Origin: Eledone cirrhosa
Taxonomy: Eukaryota
Assembly: GCA_964016885.1 (NCBI GenBank)
Contig: OZ024744.1
Location: 94,364,001 to 94,428,000, forward strand
Direction: 5' to 3'
Length of the DNA stretch: 64,000 nt
In this document: piece by piece, positions 1 through 13,721 of the stretch
Layout of the letters: each line of letters begins with the position of its first letter
How positions within the stretch are numbered: position 1 is the stretch's first letter
Notes under the pieces: model-generated
The model's database searches: none
What the model saw: the letters and a program-made list of their open reading frames with translations, nothing else
What the model was told of the DNA's origin: nothing
Program-made: the position numbers and the translations under genes

Positions 1-84
1 GAAAAGGTGAGAATCCCAAAGTTAGACTCCACAACACTAAGTGTCAAACCAAGAACCAGTTCCACTTTCATGGAGAAAGTAAAG
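1..84 (+). CDS. HECTD1: HECTD1 exon, 5'-truncated by the window (EKVRIPKLDSTTLSVKPRTSSTFMEKVK)
   Basis: Open frame 1 ending AAG|gtattt; phase 0 matches the next exon. An alternative donor at 78|79 (gtaaag) is also in phase. Confidence 0.6.
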
Positions 85-884
85 GTATTTTTTTTTTAAT
101 AATTAAAAGTAAAATTATGAAGTTGAAATATTCAATTTTTGATAATTAAGCTATGATTTCGTTAAGATATTATTTAAATTTGTAGCCTATAATTAACATT
201 TTAATATTGAAATTCAGGAGCTTGCTTTAATGGTAGTGGCATGTGTTTCTGTGTGTTACACATGACTTTAACTGTTTTCAAACAGTTAGCTGTACCACTT
301 TGACGTTTGAATAATTTCTTGAAGAGGACCGACCATAGACGTTTGAGCAAATCTTTCATGGAGACGTTGTCAACGAAGGCTTAGGTGCAGGCCACAAGTT
401 CTCCTCCTTATGCACGTATGCATGCACACATACATATGCAGATATAAAGTAGTTCTCCCCTCCTCTACTCTCGTTAAATGTCCTTCGTACCCACACTACC
501 GTACTACCCACATAACCAGATGTGGTGTTGCATCTGTCCGACTCTTTCCTCTCCTGATATTCAACCACCCACATTTATATTCACTGCACTGTGCCACCCA
601 TGTAACTAGAGCTATCTTTAGTCCACACTTTGTCTCCTCCTCCTCCTGCCATTAATCTTATCAGTTCACTTCCCTCTCCTATCATGATGGATGTTATATA
701 TAAGGAGTGTATCATATCTATTATAACCCTGACATCCTACCATCACCCTCTCTAGGTTGTCAGCCATCATTCTCTCTTCCTCTAAAAAAAAAAGCAACTT
801 CTCATTGTCATTCGCCACTTTCTTGCTCTCCATCACAGGCAAACATGTAGCTATCATTACTCCTTTCATCATATTCCCATCTCG

Positions 885-922
<38 letters not shown>

Positions 923-1595
923 CTCGCTCGCAAACATATAGCTACCATTACTCCTTCCACCGTATTATCTCACCCTCTTTGCTACCTCTTCACTCCAGTT
1001 TATATTTTTTGTTTGTTCTTTCCTTTTCTTCAAGACTAATTGAGCAGGTTGAGTGAACGTGTACCTGTTGTTGTGTGCATGTGTCAAATGAAAAAAAAAA
1101 AAATGACATTGAAACTTAATATAATGAAAAATATGGTGGTTGTTTTACATGTGTGCCATTCAATGCATTGATTCATTCTATATTTACGCATTGAACATTT
1201 GAGCATGCTGATCTGTTTCGTATCCTAAGTTTAAATTAATATATATAAATAGTAGTGAAAAAATGGGAGGTTATATCAAAAGTTGGTAGAACACTCAGTT
1301 CAAAGGACAAGTTTAGTATAGAGTTAGTTCCACAACAGATTAACGAACCATACTGGAAGGATTGCTCAACTCGTGTGAAACACTTGTCCTTAAGTATGGT
1401 TTGTTAATCTATTGTGGAACTGACTCTATACCAAACTGTATATATATATATATTTACAGGGTGGATACAAAGTTGCAGTACATAGGAAAAATAATTGTTT
1501 TTATAAAAAATAATTTATCATATAACATGCTCTACATGGAAACTTAAAAGTGTAATTATTTTTCCCACGTATTGCGACTTTTGGTCCATCCTGTG

Positions 1596-1636
<41 letters not shown>

Positions 1637-1848
1637 TTATAGTATCACTATATTATATGTATATATACTATATTTAGGTTTAATCGATGCACAATATATA
1701 TCGATTATTTATCAATAAAAAACTTCATGAACATTAGTTCAGGGTGCATCAATTGTACAATTGATACATATACATATGAAAATCTATATTTTTTTTTTTT
1801 TTTTTTTATATATATCTATTATTTATTGTAATTAATTTTCTGTTCCAG

Positions 1849-1974
1849 GTGAGCATCACCAATCGAAAGAGCAACTCAACTCCTAGCCTCAGTGAAGTAT
1901 CTGAAAATAAAGCCTCTGTTGCAAGTACCGAACAGGCTTCATCAGCAGAAAACCTATCATCGGCTTTAAAGAAT
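1849..1974 (+). CDS. HECTD1: HECTD1 exon (VSITNRKSNSTPSLSE...SVASTEQASSAENLSSALKN)
   Basis: ttccag| acceptor, |gtaagc donor, 126 nt phase 0-0; RKSxSTPSL and SVASTEQA resemble invertebrate HECTD1 as I recall it. Confidence 0.8.
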
Positions 1975-2101
1975 GTAAGCTGGTTGTTTGTCCTTTACGG
2001 TTCCCAACATTTTTCTTGTTGTTGACGTTATTTATTTTTTTTTAGCTTATAAATTTTCTAGATAAGGGCTCTTGCTATATTATGCATCAAATATCTGTTA
2101 A

Positions 2102-2299
2102 CCCTTTAGCATTTAAACCGACCATATCCCTGTTAGAATTCTCTCATCTCTTTCTGTTCAAACCGGTTGTAATCGGCCACTCATATCAATGTTAAGGTAT
2201 TGTTCTCAAAATAAATATTAAGATTTTGTAGATTCAATATTATATGAGATAAAGACTTTTCTGTGAAAATATAATAGTAAATATGTGAATGCTAAAGGG
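2102..2299. mobile_element. piggyBac-like MITE (~200 bp)
   Basis: TTAA|CCCTTTAGCATTTA...GAATGCTAAAGGG|TTAA: TIRs with TTAA target duplication. Confidence 0.88.
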
Positions 2300-3604
2300 T
2301 TAATGTATGTGATTCTATTTTCTTTTTTCTTTTCTTTTTACATTTACATTGTTTGTTGGAATAAATCTGCACAGCTGCCTTTCTAGCAACCCTTTATCAG
2401 CCAGCTAACCTCTTGTATTAACTTTGAGAGTTGATAATGCTTGTTACTAGTTGCTGCTATATTCTTAATGTCCTGCACCTCGTGAAACCACATTTGCAAG
2501 ACATTCTTGAAAAGTAAAGTACAAAACGGCACTATTATTGATAATTATAGTCTTTAGTTTACTGCAGATTTTGACAACAATCTGTCAACTAATAAAGACA
2601 CTATAAACATTTGGATTAACAAACCTGTTCTTTTGGTGTTTTTTTTGCAAAATCATTACAGGATATTAAGAGTTGATTTAATCTTTTCCTCATTAGCAAA
2701 GACCATTTCAATGTATTTGCAGTTTTCACCATTCTTATCAGGTAGAAAGTACTATCAATACCTGTATTACCTGTAAATAACTGTTTTCTTGGATTCTCTA
2801 AATAATTTTCATTCAAAGTATGCAACAAATTTGTTTTTTTATAATTCTCGATGCATCCCTATATTGTATTATAAGAACTAATTTTGTTATTCTCTCTCTA
2901 TGTATGTGTGTGTGTGTATGTATGTATATATATATATATATATATATACACTATCTCATATTGCAATATTCTTTTCTATGGTTGCACATTGTTACTGTTT
3001 TTTGGTCTCATAAATTGGATGGTTCCTACCAAGTTTCAGAGCTGTCCTATGAAAATCACCATCATCATCATCATTTTATGTCTGCTTTTCCATATATACA
3101 TGGGTTGGGGTGGGGGTCTTTTCCAGCACAGCACCCCTCAATTCGTTGCATTCCTTTGTCATCACCTCTGTGAGATCGGCTCTCACTACCTCTACCAGGA
3201 TCTTCTTTGGTCAACTTCTATTACAGCTACCTACTACTGGGATTGCCTGGCATTTCTCAGTGATAAGTAGCAGCAATGGGGAAGACCAAGGAGGAGCTGG
3301 GCAGAGGTGATGAGAGCTGATTTAAAAATTTTAAATTGCTGAAGCTCATGGAGGACTTTGTGAAAACATCCATAACATTTTTTATTTATATATTTATTAA
3401 TTTTGATAGAACTTTGGAAACTAGAACACTATAATATGAATTTACAATCTCATTAGAATTCCTTAGAATATATCAATTAGATTGGTGGAGTAGGGGTGAA
3501 GCAAGTGTTTCTACAATAAGCTTTGTGATCAAACGTGATCTCATGCCTGTCTATATCCAACAATATAAACAGCATTTGATTCATTGCTAATCTATTATCT
3601 TCCA

Positions 3605-3812
3605 AGGGAGGTGGATTAGCAGTATCAGTGGAGCATCGGACACCATGCTTTGCAGCATAGTTATGGTCTGAGTTCAAATTTCGCTGAGGTTAGCTTTGCC
3701 TTTCATCCTTACAGGGTCGATAAAATAAAGTACCAGTAATGCACTGGGGTGGATTTAATCGACTTTTCCTTCCCCAAAATTGTTGGCCTTGTGCCTAAAT
3801 CAGAAACAATTA
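3605..3812 (+). mobile_element. Nin/Deu-domain-like SINE
   Basis: GAGTTCAAAT...CTTTGCCTTTCATCCTTACAGGGTCGATAAAATAAAGTACCAG; recurs near 15690, 27345-28262 and 38878. Confidence 0.8.
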
Positions 3813-4059
3813 TGTTACAATAGTTTTCATTTCTTTCATACCTTTCGTACATATCCTTCTTATTACTTCAGTTGATATATCACTTTTTGTTTGTGTTGAC
3901 CTCAATCACTGGAAATAAAACTTTCCCTATTGATCTTCTTAATTACTATTCTTAACAATTTCCACCCCTTTTATGAATTCTCCTTCAGTCACAGTTGTTT
4001 TATGAGTATTTCTTTTTTTTTTTTTATCATTAGATTTTTCTCTCATTTCTTTAAGTGGC

Positions 4060-4126
<67 letters not shown>

Positions 4127-4734
4127 ATGTAGGAGAAATATTAGGAAAGAGAAAATGCAGAAGAGACAAGCACATTGATAATTCGCGTTCATAGGCTGTC
4201 TTTTTGGTGATAATTATAGTTTTGAATGCTTCATAAGATAGGACTAAACACCACTAGGACTATTCTAGTCATCATCACCTTTTAACATCCATTTTACCAT
4301 GCTAGCATGGATTAGACGAGTTACTCTGTTGTGAGACAAATCAGATCAGATGAGCGTGTCTTATACAGAACTGTTTCTGGCTTGGTTTCTACGGTTGGAT
4401 GCCCTTCCTAATACCAATACAAAGATAGGTGTATTGACACCTGTTACTTAATGTTAATGTATTTGGATTAGACAGCTTTCTTTCCTTTTTTGTTGCATGC
4501 TGTGCTTCATTACAAGATGTTATCAATGGTTAAACCATATCACTGTTTCTTCCAGCTTGCATATTTGGCCATATATTTATACATCATTACTACAATATTT
4601 TATGGAGACTACCTGGGATATCTACAGTAATTACAAATCCATGCATAACATCAAGCCTTTTCTGAAAACTCTGTAGTGACTGACTAATGCTCAATGTAAA
4701 GTGCTTCTGAAAGAAACATCAATTTGAGCAGAGT

Positions 4735-5077
4735 GGAGGCACATGGCTTAATGGTTAGAGCAATGGGCTTGCAATCGAAAGGTTTTAAGTTCGATTCTCG
4801 GACCGGGTGATGTGCTGTGTCCTTGAGCAAGACACTTTATTTCACGTTGCTCCAGTTCACTCAGCTGTAGAAATGAGTTGTGACATCACAGGTGCCAAGC
4901 TGTATCAGCCATTGTCTTGCCTTTGGACATCATCGGTGGCATGGAGAGGAGAGGCTGGTATGCATGGGCGACTATGGTCTTCCACAAACCACCTTGCCCG
5001 GACTTGTGTCTTGGAGGGAAACTTTCTTGGTGCAGAACACATGGTAACTCATGACCGAAGGGGTTCTTTATCCTTTT
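4735..5077 (+). mobile_element. tRNA-headed SINE with the same head and core but a different 3' half
   Basis: Head matches 23812; 3' half matches the reverse complement of 44195-44400. Confidence 0.85.
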
Positions 5078-5402
5078 ACTACCGTTCAGTAATAGATTCT
5101 CCTATCTTAAAATTGTCAACACTGTTCTACATTAAATAGATAGGACTGTTAAATAGACTAAATTTTAACAATGTTTCATATTTTAGATATATAAATCTGT
5201 CATCATAGTCGTCGTTCCCTTTACATCCTAGTTTCTCCCTATATCCCAATCATATGGCGTTTGTGGTCATAGCCTTTTTTTTTTAATTTTTTTAAATAAC
5301 TTCATGTAAGATAAAAAAATTTAAAAAACCTACTAGTTTTATACTGTATATTAAACCTTTATTGTCATATAATGGGTGCTATTGGCAGTATATCATATAA
5401 TT

Positions 5403-5443
<41 letters not shown>

Positions 5444-6977
5444 TAACTACATTTTTTATCTTTGTATTGGTTATAATTATTTAGTATTGTTTTTAACATT
5501 TTGATAAAGACTGTACTCTCAAGTAATTTTCATGTAATTTGCAAATGGGTTTTAAAAAATGTAATCATAGTCGTAATTTTTTTTAAAAATGATTCTGAAA
5601 CATAAATAAAAACTCTCAGGTCCCAAATAATAGGGTGGGGGTGGAAAATCGGTAATGTTTCTAGGTTGTCTCCGTTGATTTCTTCAACCTATCCTATTTA
5701 TTTTATAACATATGGGATTTCCAGTAATGTACTTTTTTTGTCATGTATAATGCTTTTCAAATGGAAAAAGAAAATCAATTTTCAAAGAACTTAAAATAAA
5801 ATTTCACTAGAGATAAATTCACAATATTTAATAAGTGAGAGGGTTGGAAAAAAATCAGGAAAATTAATATGTTAATATGTGGGTGTGGACGATTATTTGA
5901 GACATGAGAGTAGATCTTTTTTTTTTTCTCTTTGTGAATGCATTGAATGACTTTTACCAATTGTGCATGGACATCTTTAGTTTTGATACATTCTATAAAA
6001 AATGTACCGTTACAGATTTTGATAATTCATTCGCACTACTTGCTTCTTAATCCTGAAATGCTTCCTTTCTTAATTCAAACATACACATTTCTGAAATATA
6101 TGAAGGTTGACAGTAACATTTCTTGGTGTAAAATTTAAAAAGCAAAACTAATACCATATTAGTGGCAGAAAGCAAAATTAATGTTTATTAATTATACAAA
6201 GCAAAATTAATACCATGTTAATTTGCTTTCGAAGCAAGCCTTAAAAATTCAAGAGTGTAAATAGATTAAGGGAAAATTATTCGTTTATGTACTTTATTTT
6301 TACTTTACTTTTTTCCTTTTGTTTTCTTTAATGAAATCTAGAAAAATGTTTTAAGTGTTTAAAATGTAAATTATTATAATGTTAAAGCGATAGAAAGTGT
6401 AGAGTGTTTATTTAATTAACACCCTTTAGTTGTGGTTCTATTTCCTGTAGGTGTGGTCAGATGAATTAACCATATGGCTACGATTTCTTGTAAATCTGTT
6501 GCCTTATGCCAATGTCAGATTTTTGTTTTGTTTTTCGATAACTTATTTTTCACATTAGGGCTCATTGTTGAGATGAATTTTTATTGATTTCCAAATTGAC
6601 GCAAACCAGGAAAAACTATTTGCGTATATTGAATTTGAAATTAAATAGCCCTTAGTAGTTAAGTTTTTATGATTTTGTTAAAGATACCCTTAAACCTTAT
6701 TTTAAGTTTTTCATCCCCCCATCAAAGAGTTGCTTTTGTTTATCAATATTATAAAACTGCATATTCAGAGATTTAACCTTCAGTATTTGGCCTTCAAAGT
6801 TGACTCAACAAAGTTCAGTAAAATAGAGGAAAACAAACAACTATATTCCTCTAAAGATTTTTTTTTGAAGATTTTTCAAACTATCATGAAATATCTTCCA
6901 CGATGTTTTCTCTTAAATAAATAAAGCTTTAAAGGCAAATATTTGAGATTTCCCAATTGTTCTCTTTATTGTTACAG

Positions 6978-7124
6978 TTATTAGAAGGTCTACGAGGTTG
7001 TCCAGATCCCTTTTATTCAATGATGCATTTATCTCCACATCCATCATCACACGTCATAAGGGGCAATACCCTGGAGACTCATCAGTCTGTATCACCCACT
7101 CCTACTTGCAGCAACTACTTGGGG
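6978..7124 (+). CDS. Candidate alternative cassette exon of HECTD1 (LLEGLRGCPDPFYSMMHL...PTCSNYLG)
   Basis: Pyrimidine tract + ttacag| acceptor, GGG|gtgagc donor, 147 nt, no stop, phase 0-0 like the host intron, GC-richer than its flanks. Confidence 0.5.
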
Positions 7125-7202
7125 GTGAGCATAAAGATTTTGAAAAATGTTTCCCTGTTTGTGTGTGTGTGAGTGTGTATATATGTGTACACAGATAAGT
7201 GT

Positions 7203-7257
<55 letters not shown>

Positions 7258-7906
7258 CTTTTTTTTTTTAATTCAAAAGTTATGTTATACTTACAACATT
7301 TTCAAAATTCTTAAATTAAGGAAGATAAAATTTCTCAGTTCAGAAATTATACTTCCGAAATGCTATTTTCCAGAAATTGTTCTGCAACAAAGAAATTTTC
7401 TCTTTTAGCGAGGAGTTGGTATAAGAAATTCAATGTTGTGTTGAACATAGTCTTTAACCCCTAGCAATTTTATAGAAGTGAATTAAATTTCTGTGAAATC
7501 ACATTCAATTGAAAATGCTCTTGAATTTTTATCATTGGGCTTGTCTATACAAATTAGTTATGAGAAATTTAATTTTTCTTTCCTATTAAAATAATTTTTT
7601 TAAACTGAATTTTTAATTTACTCCAACTTTCTCTTGTATAAAACATTTCACTTCTTTTTATTTATTTTAAAATTGCAGGCACTAAGACTCTTATTTAACC
7701 AGAAATTGAATTTTGTAACCCAATAGCAATAAATTCAAAGAATATTTATTCATCAGGACATGTTTTAGGTTTTTAATTTTTCAAAATTTTAAAGGCTTAC
7801 ATCTAGATTTGAATTTTTGGTAAAAAGTCTTTTAGTCTTGACTGATCTATTATTGTTTGTTCCTTGACAGGATGTTTGCAATGTACAAAACCATGCTTAG
7901 TATTAA

Positions 7907-8115
7907 CCCTTTTGATACCAATCCACCCTAAACCAGCTTTGGTTTTATGGACCAAAGCCACCCATTTTAAAGAGTTCCTATTTTAAACTAAAATATTCCA
8001 ACATAATTTATGTAAGAATTGTATGTTGAGTTACTATTTTAGTTATGAATATGAAACAATTAATTTTAATAAATTTCTCAATTTTCAATTAATTAGAAAT
8101 ATGATCATGAAAGGG
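7907..8115. mobile_element. Second, older piggyBac-like MITE family
   Basis: TTAA|CCCTTTTGATA...ATCATGAAAGGG|TTTAA; related fragments near 15490-15695, 20495-20760 and 22980-23185. Confidence 0.55.
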
Positions 8116-8319
8116 TTTAAAATATAAGTATTTTAAGATCATTTCCCCAGCTAATGACAGATTTCATGCCCACCATGGGATATTTTTTGAGGCAGTATTT
8201 TACAGCCAGATGCCTTTTCTCTCACCAACCCTTTTAGTCACCTCTTACAACATACAGTGATACATTGCATTTATTCTAACCAGGATATACACAGTGTTGT
8301 GCATACTTAGTATTAGATT

Positions 8320-8595
8320 ATCATTATCATCAATTAACGTCTATCTTCTACGCTAGCATAGGTTAGACGGGTTAGTCCCATTTAGAAGCAAGTTGGGTCA
8401 GGTGGCTATGTCTCATATAGGAGAGTTTCTGGCTGTTTTTTTACGACTGGATGCCCTTCCTAACACCAACCACATTTACAGTGTGTGTTGGTTGCTTTTT
8501 GCCATGTCTATTACATTTTCCACTTTACAGTGTGGGCTGGGTGCTTTTTGTCGTGACACCTACATGATCACATTACAGTGTGGGCTGGGTGTTTA
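8320..8595 (-). mobile_element. RTE tail with 3 copies of the 48-mer
   Basis: Shared tail motifs + three TTACAGTGTG units. Confidence 0.85.
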
Positions 8596-10679
8596 GATAA
8601 GTTTCAATAAAAAAAAAATTTTTAATAAATAAAAATTAGAAAATGTTTTAATTCAAACTTTTGAATATTTCACTTGATAAAAGAATTTTATAAATAATTC
8701 TAAATATTTTAAATTCGAAAATCAGTTATATTTATTTTATATGGCAGACATACAATTGTAGTTGACAAATAAAATAAGTGTAATCCCTGGTACTTGATAA
8801 ATCTCATTAAGTATTGAAAAACTGTATATTTTGTATCTTTCAAAAGTGGATATACTGTTATCCACTGTCTCTTTAAAAGTAGAGTGAAATGATTTAAAGA
8901 AACGTTATTTCAATACAGGACAACATAACATTATCTAATGTTCCTTTGAAAATATAGTGATGTGATCTGTGTTGACACTACCTGAAATGGGCCTCTATCC
9001 AGGGTTACAGAACCCACCCACCTTTGAAACATTTGGTTAGTTTGTGTTGAGAACAGGGAAGAAATGGAGTATGAGCCTAGCAACCAAACCTCCATTAATA
9101 CTACAGAAACAAGCAGATACCTGACCTGGAAGCAAGCCCTTCTGTGACAAAGCTTGTAACTTTATGGAATAGAGATTCCTTATCACTCAATGCTCCTTGG
9201 AGAGCAAAAGGAACTAAAGAAGTACTAGTTTAAGACAGACAATTTACATTGGTTTTCATATGTTTTAATATTCTTCTCTTATCCTGTAACTCCTGGTGGT
9301 GTCATATAGCGTTTCTTGAACATTTTAAAGCCTGGTGGAGCCCATCTTCTCTCCAAGTCTGAATACAGTAGATTTCTTCCAGAGAAGGGTCGAAAGTGGG
9401 AGAGAGGGTGGAAAAAGATATAGAGAAAGAATCAACCCTAGTACTCCTTTCAAGGTGGATAAAAAAAGGTACCAAAGTTGATGTTGGTGGGATTTGAACT
9501 AAGAGAGCCAGAACGAATACAAGAAAGTATACTATCCAACATTCTAATGGTTCTGCCAATTCACTGTCTTATATATATATATAAGCATCTTGATTAATAA
9601 TAAAATGCTTAGCATTTAGGGGGGAAAGTCTTGTTAATAAACACATATGAGCTTAAACTGGGGGATTATCTTAATTTACAAGCTTGTGAGAATCAGCATT
9701 CTTTATTTAGTACCATTTTGTCAATTTTTAAAAACTTAGGTATTCAATTTAGATAAATATATCATTCTGTAATGATTTGGCTGATTAATAATAGTTAAAA
9801 ATTACTAATTGTTTTTATTGTTTCTGAGGTTTATAACTTTTGAATGGAAAATGTACTGGAATTCTTGGTCATTTCTCAAGGGTTTGCAGGAAGTGTGTCG
9901 TCAATTGTTAATAATAATTAATACACTAAGAAACCATTTCTCTTTGCAGAAATATTTTATGGAAGCATCATCAAATTTTTTATATATTTTTTTACTTTAA
10001 ATTTAATTTAAATAACTATTTGTTGTAAATTATATTTAAGATCTGGAAATACTGGTTGTTCTGTATTTGCACTCAGAAAAATTTTACATGTTATTTGTAC
10101 TACCAGCTACTGAATGTCACTCAATAATTATCATAAGTAAAAAAAATAATAAATTAACGATGAAACCTGATTAATTAATACTAGCTCAGTTTCAAATAGG
10201 TTGATTTGTTGTTTTTTTTGTTGTTGTTTGGTTTGTTTGTTTTTTGGGTTTTTTTTTGTATTTAACCATAACAATGTTTAACATTAGACGTGTAATAATA
10301 TCTCTCTCTTGCTAACAATTTTTTTTTTTTTTTTTGTTCCTCTGTCTCATTCTCTCTGTCATTCTCCCACTCTATATCTCACCCTCTCCCCATCACTACT
10401 CCTTGCAATTTATTTGATGTATTCTTTGATTTATTTTTTTCTCTCTCTTCCTCACAACAAAATTTACGAGATTAAAACAATTTGAGTTCTTTTGAAATAT
10501 TTTATTTTTTCATCTGAAATTGAAATGATTTATTTTATACAGTTATTTCATTCAGCGTTCATTATTATGTATAATCACACACACACTTACACATTCACAG
10601 ACACACACACACACACACATACTGTTGGTTTGGAATGAATGTTTCCCTTCAGTTAATCCTCTATTTCTGATATATTTCC

Positions 10680-10925
10680 CCAATCCTCCTTTTTCTGTTT
10701 CTCTCGCTGACTCCGAAGTTTAACCCCCCCTCTCTCTCTCTCTGTTTCTCTCGCTGACTCCGATGTTCAAACCCTATTTACACCCCCCCCCCCCCCCCTT
10801 TTTTTTCTTTTCTCTCTCACTCACTCCGATGTTCAAACCCTATTTACCCCCCCTCCCATTTTCTGTTTCTCTCACTGACTCCGATGTTTAAGCCCTATTT
10901 TACTCTCCCCTTTTCTGTTTCTCTG
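10680..10925. repeat. ~55-60 bp pyrimidine-rich minisatellite, ~5 copies
   Basis: Repeated TTTCTCTCRCTGACTCCGATGTT..ACCCTATTT. Confidence 0.85.
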
Positions 10926-11788
10926 ACCCCAATATTTAAAACCTATCTCGACCTTGGTTTGAGATAGGTTTTAAATATTGATCGTTTTTAGTATTTTCCA
11001 CTGTTCATTCACAAATTTGAAATAATATCTAATCAACTAAATTTTTTAATTACTTTATTCACTGCTAATTTGAAGCAATTCCTTTGTGTCCAGGGTTGCT
11101 GATTGTCTATTTTTTTTTTGCAAGTTTATCATTTCTAAGTTTTAATAACATGCAGGCAGAAATAAAATCTTTGTAACAGCTTCATGCATATTATTACAAT
11201 TTCATTACTTAGGGTTTTCAGATGAATTTACTCACAACTTATCAAGCTTTTTCAAAACAAACAAAAAACATTATTTTCATTACGTTAAGAGCATTAATTA
11301 AAGTAGGTGATTAGACTTTTTGATGAACATTTGTTCTTAGGCTTGATTGCTAGAAATTTAATTGAACAAAATCATTCACTGAAGCTGCTCTTCCTTCGTT
11401 ATCATTTAATGTCCATTTTCCTCTTCTAACAAAGGTTAGATGGGTCATCACAGACCAGTAGGGAGGAGTGGCAGAGCAATCTCACTTTCATATGTTTCTG
11501 CATAGTGTACTGGGTGCATTTATTGTGCAGATCACCAGCACTAGAGAGATTCTTATGTCATTGACACAACTGACAAGTTTTCTATGGCTGGATGCCTTCC
11601 TATCACCAAACTAGCTTACAGTACAGTGTACTGGGTGTGTTTTATAATTTCACCATCAATAGGAGTAAACCAGTATGTAAGCTTCTATGTAGTTGCTCAG
11701 TGTTTTAGATGTAGCAGTAACATTTCTCTGTTGACTGTTATTTGGGGATCACATAGCTTGAATCTCAGAACAACGTACTTGCAATTAA

Positions 11789-11974
11789 CCCTTTAATATT
11801 TAAACCAACCGTATCCGGCCAGAATTCTCTCACCTCTTTCTGTCTAAACCAGCCATAACTGGCTGCTCATACTTATATTAAGGTATTGTTCTCAAAATAA
11901 ATATCAAAATATTGTAGATTCGATATTATGTGAGATAAAGTGTTTAAATATAGAGTAATGTAAATGCTAAAAGG
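11789..11974. mobile_element. piggyBac-like MITE, same family
   Basis: TTAA flanks, same internal sequence as 2102-2299. Confidence 0.85.
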
Positions 11975-12831
11975 TTAAAGCTTAATTTAATTTGATAGGT
12001 TTGGCTATCCTACTTCTATCTATGTAAGGCAGTATGCTCCACCAGCAGGGAATGGGACTGCCAGATGCAGTCTATATACTTTGTCCAAACATTAAATAAA
12101 AATTCTCATTCTCTGGGGCCTGAAGGGAAATTGATAGTATAGTATGCATTTTATCATGTCACCAGCACTAGAGAGGAGATCATACCTGTCCTCTCTACCT
12201 TTTGTTTGGCAAGTTCTCTACAGCCGGATACTCTTTCTAGAGTATACTGGGTGCATTTTATGTCACCAACACCAATCAAATGCATGAACCTGGTTTATGT
12301 TGATATAATAAAGTTAGTCATCTTCTTGTCGTATGACATATGCACAATAGTTAGAGAGGCAGGTCAAGACCAGCGAACCAGACCAGGGTGTCATTTGCTG
12401 TATTATAGATAACCTCCAGGCCTCCAGGAAAACATCTAAGAGGGCAATCCCGAACAACATGCAGTAATGTCTGGTCAGGGTCCCCACAGTCATATGATGG
12501 GTTGTCTTACATTTTCCATCTATGGAGATAATGGGCTGTCCTGGTATGTGTTGTGTGGATCTGATAAAGAGACACCCTAAAGTTAGTTATAATAAAAAGA
12601 TCAATGATATTGCCATATATTGTTTTATTGTTTTGTTTTTTGCCAATAAAGTCAAATTAAGAATGGAGATGTTTCTTATAAAAAGAAACCCCAAAATTGA
12701 TTCACATGAAAATCTTCAATTTATATATTTTAATTGATAGATTCACTATGCTTACACATGCATGCAAAATTGCCCCCTTTTCGTGCAGAATTTGTTGTAC
12801 ATGTTTTGCATTTGTTTTTCTTTTTTTAAAG

Positions 12832-13063
12832 GCTGCCCAACAGTTGGCTGATAGTGTTGTGAATTTGGCTAGCAATGATGCTATTGTCATGGTTACAGTT
12901 GATCCTAGTGAAGAAGGTTCAGCAAATGGCAACAATGCACAAGAATCTACTCCTGTTGTTCGTTGGGAACCTTGTCCTTCTGAACGAGATTATCTTGAAG
13001 GCGCTACAGGTGGTGGTGATAATGTAGTTGGGTTAGCAACACCTAAAGTTGAAAAACGCAGGG
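12832..13063 (+). CDS. HECTD1: HECTD1 exon (AAQQLADSVVNL...PKVEKRR)
   Basis: Polypyrimidine tract + aag| acceptor, G|gtaagc donor, phase 0-1. Confidence 0.8.
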
Positions 13064-13427
13064 GTAAGCTGCCTTAATTTGCTGCAACATTTATTTAATT
13101 TTCATCTTCAACATTTCCATTGTGAATTAACCACCATTGTTTCACACAATCAGTAATAAATTTTAGCTTTGTATTTATTAAGATTATTATAAGATGTAAA
13201 ATTATCCATTAAATTCTTTGAAGAAAAAGCAGATATTTATTTTATTATTTTCTTATACAACTTTTAGCTTAAATAATGCATAAAATTTGTTATATTTAAG
13301 TTTATGAACGACTAGATTGAAAATTATCATTAATTAATTGTTGGTTGAATTTTGAATGTATCGTCAGTTTTTTTTGTTTTTTTTTGTTTTATTTAAAAAA
13401 TTTCTTATTTGAAATATTTTCTTTAAG

Positions 13428-13721
13428 GTACAGACGTCCTTGATGGAAGCCACAACATAGTTCCTATGAGAGAGCAAAAACGACTCTTTCGAACTGAGGC
13501 AAGGAAGTTACACGAAACACAAAATTCTCGTAGCTCACCTACTAATCCTATGAGTGTAAGTGTTCCAAATCTTCCCACTTCTTTGGAACCTGGTGCTAAC
13601 TCTATGGAATCTTTTGCTGTTGTTGTTAGAAGGAATCTTACGAATGAAACCAGTAACATGGCTAGTTCCACAGCCAACAATGGTGGTTTAGTGCGACTAG
13701 CTGCTTTTGCCAACTCACCTA
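13428..13721 (+). CDS. HECTD1: HECTD1 exon (GTDVLDG...NPMSVSVPNLPTS...ANSP)
   Basis: ttaag| acceptor, A|gtaagt donor, phase 1-1; MSVSVPNL motif. Confidence 0.85.

Noticed and set aside
300-890. GC-richer intronic block with short ORFs
   Set aside because: Probably a decayed minus-strand LINE fragment ending at (CT)n; no family-diagnostic motif and no fitting splice sites
4735-4805. tRNA gene (GCA anticodon-like loop; also at 23812 and 45560)
   Set aside because: No proper acceptor stem; continues into a multi-copy SINE body
7871-7900. Exon after tccttgacag
   Set aside because: In-frame TAG after nine codons and no convincing donor
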